From contig CM035354.1 of the NCBI GenBank assembly GCA_020137815.1, positions 868,001 to 932,000 of the forward strand: a stretch of DNA of 64,000 nucleotides. Reading direction: 5' to 3'. Under the pieces are notes generated by a model. It was not told the DNA's origin, did no database searches, and saw only the letters and a list, made by a program, of their open reading frames with translations. The position numbers and the translations under genes are program-made. Every line of letters begins with the position of its first letter. Positions within the stretch are counted from its first letter, which is position 1. Source of the DNA: Hormiphora californensis (taxonomy: Eukaryota; Animalia; Ctenophora). Shown here piece after piece: positions 36,709-46,142 of the stretch.

Positions 36709-37296
36709 TGAGATTTTAACGTTTTCCAACGCGAAACGACGGTCGTCAGATTTTTTGCCAGAATGTGAATCTGAAGTCTGATATGAAATCGCGCGGCGCT
36801 AACCCGCTTTATTCTGCTTTGCATAAAACGTAAAACGCGTCAATAAGCTGTATCGCGCTGCATTCTGCCGCGCAGTAAGATTTAAATTTTAAGATTTTTC
36901 AAAAAGTTTTGCCCAAAATTTTGCCCAAAATTTCTTGTTTTGGTTGGTTTTTGGTTGTTGAAACTTTTTGATCAGCGATTTTGAAGCAAATTTCGGCAAT
37001 TTGGGGCAGTTTTAGAAGGCATTAACTGCCTAAAGTCAGATTTTTTGGAGTTGTCACCCCCCCTTTTCACGCGTGTCGTCGTATTTGCATTTTGCGTGTG
37101 ACAGCCCCCACTTCCTCTCACTTTTCGGCAAAAAGCCGCATATCACCGGAAAGTGTATAATTTTGTGAGTCCGCAAAGTTTTTGTTTGACAAAATTGGTC
37201 AAGAAACAAAGGCGTGAGAGCCAAAACTACGCATAGGCGGTCCGCCTAAGGCGGAGCACACACTCTTTACACCTCATAGTCTATGATAGACTGTCT

Positions 37297-38598
37297 GGCA
37301 GGTGAGTAGAACTTCGCTCCTAATAAAAGGCTGCAATAAAAGGCTGCAGAAAAAGGCTGCAGAAAAAGGCTGCAGAAAAAGGCTGCAATAAAAGGCTGCA
37401 GAAAAAGGCTGCAATAAAAGGCTGCAATAAAAGGCTGCAATAAAAGGCTGCAAGGTATCACGTATCCAACCAGACTAAAGCGGGGGATAGACCGAATCAT
37501 CCTCCCCTAATAGTGTTTCATATCACGTATCGGCTGTAAAGAGACCGAATCACCCTCCCCTAATTATAGTGATTCGTGTCACGTATCCAACTAGACCATA
37601 GGCGATAGAGAGACCGAGATAGAGAGCGAGTACGAGTGAGAACTGAGAGAGTGAAAAATCAGAATCACGGTATGGTATCACGTACCATGGTATCCTCTAA
37701 TGAAAAGTGGTTACCAATTGACAATGAGACCTCATCGGTCCCGATACGTGATTCTCTACCGCTATCCCACCGCTATGTATTCTCCGTTAGCCTTTCCGTA
37801 TCGATCCACGATTCATATAGAGGTAGTCAGTAACTACTGAGAGTGTTGGTCTAATGAGGTAGAAAACGGCCGAAATCTCGAGTTCGCTTTTCGTGATTTT
37901 AGCACTAGAGCCCGCTTACCGATCTATTGATTGAGCGTGTAGCACAATGAGTGCTACACGCACTCACAATATGACAGGTGAACCACCCAACCACTTGGTT
38001 CACCTATCATAGTTTCTACCTCATTAGACCAACACTTTCAGTAGTTACTGACTAATGGAGAATACATAGCGGTGGGATAGCGGTAGAGAATCACGTATCG
38101 GGACCGATGAGGTCTCATTGTCAATTGGTAACCACTTTTCATTAGAGGATACCATGGTACGTGATACCATACCGTGATTCTGATTTTTCACTCTCTCAGT
38201 TCTCACTCGTACTCGCTCTCTATCTCGGTCTCTCTATCGCCTATGGTCTAGTTGGATACGTGACACGAATCACTATAATTAGGGGAGGGTGATTCGGTCT
38301 CTTTACAGCCGATACGTGATACGAAACACTATTAGGGGAGGATGATTCGGTCTATTTACAGCCGATACGTGATATGAAACACTATTAGGGGAGGATGATT
38401 CGGTCTATCCCCCGCTTTAGTCTGGTTGGATACGTGATACCTTGCAGCCTTTTATTGCAGCCTTTTATTGCAGCCTTTTATTGCAGCCTTTTTCTGCAGC
38501 CTTTTATTGCAGCCTTTTTCTGCAGCCTTTTTCTGCAGCCTTTTTCTGCAGCCTTTTATTGCAGCCTTTTATTAGGAGCGAAGTTCTACTCACCTGCC
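37297..38598. mobile_element. Foldback non-autonomous DNA transposon with 8-bp TSD and GG...CC termini (Merlin-like)
   Basis: GGCAGGTGAGTAGAAC...GTTCTACTCACCTGCC flanked by GACTGTCT at 37289-37296 and 38599-38606. The long inverted arms contain a 13-bp (aaaaggctgca[at/ga]) array and ~54-bp subrepeats. Confidence 0.82.
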
Positions 38599-39015
38599 GA
38601 CTGTCTATCTATAGATGGTCTATCTTTCCCTCTCCTTCACGTGATTCAGTGCACTCAGGTCGGATTGGCACCGTCAGACATCTGGGAAGTGGGACCTGAA
38701 GGGCGAGGGCGGACTGTGGACTCCACAGTCCACACTGTCGAGGCCAGGGATCCCCGTTCATTTTTAGCAAAAATTCGGCTAAATATCTCGTCCCCATTCT
38801 TGGTATTAAAGAATTTGGCCTTTTTATACCCCCGGACCCCCCCACCCCCCTCTGGCCTTAATGCTTAAACTTATCTTGCTATTTTGTTGGTAGCCGGGAT
38901 CAAAGTTCGAACCGACAACCTGTTACCTCACATATATTTAAACATCCAAAAATCAAAGGTTTCCTGAAATGGCTTAAGAGATGACGCACTGAGAAAGAAG
39001 TATCAATAATTGATA

Positions 39016-42000
39016 ATGGTGGTAGGCAAAGCAGACGCCCAAGCTCGGCTCGTCCGGACATTCCATGAGTTTATTGAGCGAGGGGAAGTACTGGAATGCG
39101 AGCGGCTCCTTAAAAAGACACCAATTGACATCAATACGCCCTTGGTAAAAACTGAGCTACTTATAATTACCATAATCCTTATCCCGTAAATATGACTTGA
39201 AATATTAATTATTAACTGAGTTCCTTGTAAAACAGGTTTCAGATCAGTTAAATATTGATATCAAAACACTTTCAGGGGAAGGAAAAGTTTACAGCACTTC
39301 ACAAGGCCAGTTACTATGGACACCTAGATGCTGTCCACTGGCTGGTTTGGCACTGTGCCAATGTCAATGCCATCTCAGTCCAGGGCTGGACTGCTGCCCA
39401 CATTGCAGCTCTGAGGGGGAAAGAGCAGTGCATAGAGGCGCTCATCACTCATGGAGCAGACCTGACTACACAAGATGAAAGTGGGATGTGTCCTGTACAT
39501 TTAGCAGCTGCTCACGGTAACACATTTACACTCCAAACTATGGCCCGAAAAGGAGGGGATCTAACGTTGAGAGATATTAATGGCTGGAAGGCAATCCACC
39601 ACGCCGCTTACAATGGAAAGCTAGGTAAGAGCCAGGACAAGGGCCCCAATGAGTAAAGCCTAAAGTGCAATATAGCATGTTAGCGTTTTATATTATTTGT
39701 TGCTTCTGAGTCCCACGAATACACATTACAGACCCCTCCCCCTTGCCTTGCTCGACCCAGTTTCCCTGCACCCCGCATTTAACTAAGGAGGGTTAGAACA
39801 TAACAACCACCCACCCGTCCCCCTTGCCTTGCTCGACCCTGTTTCCCTGCACCCCGCAAGTAGTATAGTGTGCACAGTTGGGACCCCTTTTTCGCCCTAA
39901 CTGAGGCACCATTTTGTATGTGCATGTCACGTGACTTCTAATTACCAAAATTATGCGGCGCTGGCAAGAGTTGTTCACTAGAATATCGGGAGCGCCGGCA
40001 AGGACCATGGAATTTATTTTGGCGCTGACAAGGACCCACATTCGCGATTGGGATTTCTGTATGATGTCAATTTTTGTTTGGAATTTCTGTGTGATCTCAC
40101 CCCTATCACATTACACTCCTGCACAATGCATATAACTTTCTCTCTCTTTTCTCGTGCTGGTGTTCTGATACAAATAATAGAATACTCCAGAGTTCCCCCA
40201 ATATTCATCTAATGTTCTTTTGTTATTCTTATCGTTCTTTTGGTATTCCAGTGACTTTTCATTAGAAAGGAACGAGCCGGGAACGGTGAAAATTACAAAA
40301 GAACAGCATCGGAACGGTTTTTTGTTAGATAAGAAAAGTTGGAAAATACAAAAGAACAGTGGAAATTAGAACGGAACAACAGCGGAACGACGGCGGAACA
40401 GTAAAATGTTGCAAAATGTTTCATAAACGAAAACATGCAGTATATACACATAAACTAGGAAATGTATTTTTACACAGGTGTTCTAGAAATTATTTTGTCG
40501 TTACTTTATCATTTGTAGTGTTCTATTGTGTTCCGGTGACTTTTCATTAAAAAGGAACGAAATGGAAACAGTGAAAATTACAAAAGAACAACAACGGAAC
40601 ATATTGTGATTCAATGGAACAACACCGGAACAACACCAGAACAGTAAATAGCTAGTTTGGAACTATAAAAGAGATTGCTTATTGCGTTCAATTCATTTTT
40701 AGTCATGCCGAGATCTAATACGCGTCACGAGTCGTCTAAGAAAATGGGCTTAAGTGATATTTCAGATCCAGAGTCTGACTCAGATATATCTCAATCTGAT
40801 AGCGAATCTTCGGACCGAGAAAATACATACCAATGCTTGCTACACTGCTTTGCTTTCAAGCACGATCTTATTGACGCTGATATCAGCAAAGCTGATCTAA
40901 CAGATCGCGAGAAACTTCTTGTGGACGCCATTAAGGAATCAAACTCATTAATTGAAATTCGTGAAATGCTAAACCAGAACCCAGAAATGTTTGATAATAT
41001 TACGAACAAGCTGTTTCCGGAAACCTATGAAAATAAATGTCCTAACTGCAGTAACTAGTTTCTTTCGATGTCATGCCATGGGTATATAAGGGACAACTAT
41101 CTTCATTTCTTTACAAATGGTAGCTTGTGACTTGTGTGACCAATCGTTCCCCTTCATTTATCAACTCCTTGAACATAAAGACCTCTATCACAAAAAGCCT
41201 ACGATTAATGAAGGTATGGATACCAAAGAACTACAGATAGATGAGGATTATCCACTAGATGACACCTCTGCAGATGGCAGCGATAAAGATTCGGAAAACC
41301 CTTCACCAATACTTACTAAAGTTGTGAAAAAGCCTGAACTAAATTACAAGGAATTGTATCATGTGCGAGATCAGCACGCTCGCAAGTTTGAACGTTTGTA
41401 CAAAACAAAGCTGACGGAATCAAAACAACATTTGAGTCGCATTCGGTTATTTGAAAAGCAACTCGATGAGTTTATAACAAATTTTAAGGACAGTACCTTT
41501 AACGAGTTTTCCGATTCAATAATTAACTCCAAAAATATTGCTGACTTTCTAGAACTCAGTCGATTGTTTGCTTCAAAGAAATTTGTCAAGGTTTCACGTA
41601 GTAACCAACTTTTACAAGCTATTAAAACGTTGTGTACTGGTCTAAAGTATGGTGTAATTCCACTTGTTGTTTTTCAGCGAAAGAAATTAAATGAAAAAGA
41701 ACGAAAATTGATTAAATTAGTTGACAAAAAGAGCGTTGAAGATATCAAAAAATTATTTTTAAAGTATTCTAAAGAGTTTGCAAATATTTTCCAAGTTGTT
41801 GAAAAGACGCTGTTGCTTTTAAGAGATTTAGAAAATGAAAGTTTAAATGTATAGTTAATTATATTTCTTTTTTTTTTTGAAAAAAGGTCTTTTTATTTGT
41901 TTTACAAATCAAAAACAAAGTAGGTTTTATTGTTCCAGTGAATCAAAAATTTTGCAACAGTTTACAATATTTTACTGTTCCGCTGTCGTTCCGCTGTTGT

Positions 42001-45000
42001 TCCGTTCTAATATCCACTGTTCTTTTGTATTTTCCCACTTTTCCTTTCTAACGAAAAAACATTCCGTTGCTGTTCTTTTGTAGTTTTCACTGTTCCCGTC
42101 TCGTTCCTTTCTCATGAAAAGTCACCGGAATACCAAAAGAACGCTGGGAATAACAGTGCTATGACCCGTCGATAATTGAAGTAGAACATATCTTTGGCTA
42201 TATAAACCGGTGTTACCATAATTATGCATAATTGCTACCATAAGAATCATGGACGCGTTTCTAGATACTGTGCCCGTCAAGTTTTGGGAGTTGTACCGGA
42301 AAAATTGGTCAACTATTCGTCAGCGTACTACAAAAGGTAAACTAAAAGATATTTATCATTTTCCACTGTCACCCACTGATGGAATTTTTGGTAAACTAGA
42401 TAAAGTCTTGGAAAACTATCAGAATGATATAAAACTGAATGTCGCATTCGGATTTGTTATGACAAACAAACTTACTGGTGAAGTTAAATTTTATCACCCC
42501 TCTAATAACACAATGGTTTTTGAGACTGCTCAATTAATTTCTGGGCGAGAAGACGTTAAAAAAGTAAAAGAAAATATTGAACAGGAAGATCTGCTAGAAA
42601 TAGCAAGGAGTTCACGCCCATCTACAGCATGGAAAGTCGAAGCTGTGGTCTGCATTAGATTTGATATAATGAAGATTCAATTTTGATATAACTGATAGCA
42701 TTTTAATTATTCATTTATTTTTTTCTCCAGAAAACCAGTCTCTTAATTTGTTTTATAGACACAAAGTTGTTTTTGCAAATTTTGCAACATTTTTCAACAT
42801 TTTACTGTTCCGCCGTCGTTCCGCTGTTGTTCCGTTCTAATTTCCACTGTTCTTTTGTATTTTCCAACTTTTCCTATCTAACGAAAAAACGTTCCGTTGC
42901 TGTTCTTTTGTAATTTTCACCGTTCCCGTCTCGTTCCTTTCTAGCGAAAAGTCACTGGAATACCAAAAGAACGGTAAGAATAACAAAAGAACATTAGAGG
43001 AACGCTGGAGTATATTTATTATTTGTATCAGAACACCTGGCACGAGAAAAGAGAGAGAAAGTTATATGCATTGTGCAGGAGTGTAATGTGATAGGGGTGA
43101 GATCACACAGAAATTCCAAACAAAAATTGACATCATACAGAAATCCCAATCGCGAATGTGGGCCCTTGTCAGCGCCAAAATAAATTCCATGGTCCTTGCC
43201 GGCGCTCCCGATATTCTAGTGAACAACTCTTGCCAGCGCCGCATAATTTTGGTAATTAGAAGTCACGTGACATGCACATACAAAATGGTGCCTCGCTTAG
43301 GAGGCTAAAAGGGGTCCCAACTGTGCACACTATACTACTCCCGCAAATGTAAAGGAGGGTTAGAACATAACAACCCCCAGGATGCATGCAGACTCTGGTG
43401 AAATGGGGTGCTGACCTGGACTCCCTGACCCTGGTTACAGGAGACACAACACTTCACCTAGCAGCCTCAACAGGCCACCTTCACCTAGTGAAATATATCA
43501 TATCAACTGTAGAGGATTGGGTTTCTATGTTAGCTGGGATAAACAATGATGCTGAGACGGCACTGGAAAGGGCTGTTGTAACGGGCCAGGATGCTGTAGT
43601 GGATTACCTTTCCAATCTCAAGGTGGGTAAATTCACCAGCTGAACAACACGCAAAGTAGTACTTGAGTGCTATATGATTGTTGGTTTCTAATGAATATAC
43701 TATTGCCAGGTTAATGAGCTGAATGAGTTTGATGATGGTTTTCCCCTTCATGTTGCAGCCGCCAAGGGAGACATTCCCGCACTTGAACGAATGATAGGTA
43801 ATATCAAATGATAAGTATTTTAATTTGATAGAATTGTCAGTTCGTTGCTCCTTCTCTCGCTATTCTTCACATTCTACAAGTGGACCTGTAACTTTTTATT
43901 GACATTGTGGACAAATGAAAGTTCCTTCCTCTACCTTTGGTGATGACATCACCTATTACGCTTCGCAGGCTTCGTTTAGCCGCGCTGCGTGCGGCTAGTG
44001 TAGGGGTGACTGCGTCACCAACCTCTACCTCCAGGAGCGTCGTCTCTTTGTTACCCCACCCTTTTTATTACATTATTTGTTTCTACCAGGTAGCGGATTG
44101 TACTCGGTGAATGCTCGAGATGACCATCTCTCTACACCTGCACATAAAGCAGCAGGGCACGGGCAGGTTGAGACTCTCAAGTGGCTTATCCTTCACGGGG
44201 CTGACGGTTAGTGCTTCTTATTACACTATCATATATGACAAGAACTAAATAATATTGAACATATTGTAATACACAATATAGCTATAAACAGAGTTTCACT
44301 AACCACCCAACTATACTGCTATAGTTGTTAGCATCGTTTAACTAACATGATGAATACTAACCTAATACCTCTTCAGTTGACCTAGAAAATGGTTCGGGTG
44401 AGACAGTTAAGGATGTTGCTAAGAGGTTTGCCAAGGTGCAATGTGTTGAGGAACTAGGAGGATATACAGAGGATGAAGATGAAGAGGAAACTTCCCCTGA
44501 AGGTAATAATGTTTGGAATTTCACAACTTTCTGTGTTAGCTTTGCTACCGAAATTATGTAGCTATTATAGCAGTAACTTACTGTTATGATACCTACATAA
44601 ATTTAGCAGCAGGAAATTCAGGTTATTGAGTTATTCTGAGATGTAAATGTCAGCGGTCAAAGATCGATCTGTACTGTTCGTGGTCACTTGTTCTATTTTC
44701 GCATGCCTGTCCAATGTGATGTTGTAAGTGATATATCTCTAACCGATAGAGTTATTAGCTCGAGCATTAAACAAAGTTGAAGTCCTGGAGGATGAATTAA
44801 CTGATGCGAGGAGAGCAGTCGAGAAATTTGGAGGGAAACCGCCACCTGTCCCGCCAAGTGCCGACATAACTGCTGAAACCATGGTAAGTAGTCGGGATAT
44901 AATACCCAAAAACGGGATATGTGTTCTGTTTTTTTTGGGACATATATTGTGCTTTTTATTACTTTTTTGTTTGTTGTTGTTTGTCATGGCATCTGGCACA

Positions 45001-45541
45001 TTGTCACGTCGCAGACGGTTTGTTATGTTTTAATGGTGCGCGCGCAGATTGCGTTGTATGAAAAGCACACTTTTCAGCACTCAGTAACTAATTTCTTGCC
45101 CACATTGTTACACACACATCCCGCGCAGGAACTGAGATCTTTGCTGGAACATGAACGGTTGAAACGGGAGAGGCTGGAGGCTACAATCGTGGAATTACGA
45201 CAACAGGTGAGTGCTTTATAGGGTCATTCCGGGATTTCACTTCCAGATATTCCATCGGGACGTCGTGGCCAACCAGCGACACCTTATCAACCCTGCCGCG
45301 AACAATGTTCGGAACACAGAAGAGCGCAAGGTGCCCAACATGCTGCTTTTAATTAATTAAGACCACTCCCCAGGTTCAGAAGGTAGCATCCCAGCAACCC
45401 CCCGAAACAGGATCACCTAGCAGCACTCCTGGCTCAGAGGCAGAGAGTACGACCAGTTCAGTTGCTTCCTCAGTGAAACGGAGACCCAAGAAAAAACGGC
45501 CAAAGAAAGCTGCAAGAGGAGTTTTTGTGAAGAATTCTTGA
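39016..45541 (+). CDS. ANKRD42: Ankyrin repeat domain-containing protein 42 homolog, 9 exons
   Basis: Exons 39016-39144, 39276-39624, 43381-43622, 43710-43797, 44090-44206, 44377-44502, 44750-44883, 45129-45206, 45374-45541 with consistent phases. HWLVWH, GWTAAHIAALRG, HLAAAHGNTFTLQ, LVKWG, TPAHKAAGHG and DVAKRFA match the ANKRD42 repeat order, followed by a C-terminal coiled coil. Confidence 0.85.
40705..41058 (+). CDS. Mini-Polinton ORF A, 117-aa hypothetical protein (acidic Ser/Asp N-terminus, helical domain paralogous to ORF B, C-terminal CxxC)
   Basis: First ATG at 40705 in the open frame 40675-41058; TATAAAA at 40664-40670. Confidence 0.6.
   Translation: MPRSNTRHESSKKMGLSDISDPESDSDISQSDSESSDRENTYQCLLHCFAFKHDLIDADISKADLTDREKLLVDAIKESNSLIEIREMLNQNPEMFDNITNKLFPETYENKCPNCSN
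41117..41854 (+). CDS. Mini-Polinton ORF B, 245-aa protein with N-terminal C2H2 finger and basic helical C-terminal domain
   Basis: CDLCDQSFPFIYQLLEHKDLYH finger; TATATAAG at 41083-41090; T-tract after the stop codon. Confidence 0.7.
   Translation: MVACDLCDQSFPFIYQLLEHKDLYHKKPTINEGMDTKELQIDEDYPLDDTSADGSDKDSENPSPILTKVVKKPELNYKELYHVRDQHARKFERLYKTKLTESKQHLSRIRLFEKQLDEFITNFKDSTFNEFSDSIINSKNIADFLELSRLFASKKFVKVSRSNQLLQAIKTLCTGLKYGVIPLVVFQRKKLNEKERKLIKLVDKKSVEDIKKLFLKYSKEFANIFQVVEKTLLLLRDLENESLNV
42249..42686 (+). CDS. Mini-Polinton ORF C, 145-aa stand-alone protein resembling the N-terminal (putative terminal-protein) region of Polinton protein-primed PolB
   Basis: YRKNWSTIR...KLNVAFGFVM...TGEVKFYHPSNN...RPSTAWKV resembles the recalled Y...W..IR / KIN.SFGF.L / GE.RYYH.S.NN / RP.TKW.V pattern upstream of Polinton pPolB catalytic domains. 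It has its own ATG, stop codon and TATATAAA at 42199-42206. Confidence 0.65.
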   Translation: MDAFLDTVPVKFWELYRKNWSTIRQRTTKGKLKDIYHFPLSPTDGIFGKLDKVLENYQNDIKLNVAFGFVMTNKLTGEVKFYHPSNNTMVFETAQLISGREDVKKVKENIEQEDLLEIARSSRPSTAWKVEAVVCIRFDIMKIQF

Positions 45542-46142
45542 CAGAATCTGGGACACTTCTAACTCAATTTGACCACCTTAATTACCATGTTTATATTGTT
45601 TTACCATCAGAGAATAACCGCCTTTCAACTCCAATAATTCCAACAATAATTTAAACACGGTGGTTTGGTATATAAAAATTGAAAAGCATTAAAGGTTTAA
45701 AGAAAGCGTAGAGTAGTAGTCATCAGCATGATATGCGTGTTATTTGCAATGTGGTGCAAAAAAAGAAACGGGCAGGTAACATTCCAAAAAAGGGCACAAG
45801 GTAACAAGCGTTGTCATGGTTACTGCAGGATGCAACAGTCCAAGGACCTCTTTCACACTTAATCTATAAAACTAATTTTAATAAAAGTCACACTCACACA
45901 CGTAGTAAATCCTTTAACAAAGGAAAAAACGGTCCAATTATACCGTTAAACATATTGGGTTGTCACACACAACACTAAATATATCTCTTTTGTGACTTAA
46001 AACATAATGAATATTCAGAGCATTGGCCTGACAATAATGAATTTGAGAGAGGGAAAGTGCTATTTATTCTTGTATTTACACTCTTTTTGTGGGGGGAAAA
46101 GGGGGAAGGATCTCCATATATATATTTTCACACACAATGTTT

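Larger units (their letters stand above)
32091..37090 (-). mobile_element. L2-clade LINE, internally deleted (RT core missing); 5' boundary approximate
   Basis: ORF1 from ATG 36374 with CCHC knuckles, then AP-endonuclease motifs (GLLNCFSL, VTETW, GDFN, LDLV, DHFLV). The post-RT region LKLNASKTE...SRLDYGNALL...FKQQLKTYLF lies at 33699-32839. The 3' end has an ACCGCTT...AAGCGGT stem and a (TAT)n tail at 32091-32113. Confidence 0.9.
39859..43339. mobile_element. Miniature non-autonomous Polinton/Maverick-type element (3481 bp) in ANKRD42 intron 2
   Basis: Termini AGTAGTATAGT...ACTATACTACT; 6-bp TSD CCCGCA at 39853-39858 and 43340-43345; TIRs ~39859-40420 and ~42780-43339; AT-rich interior with three intronless ORFs. 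Confidence 0.88.
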
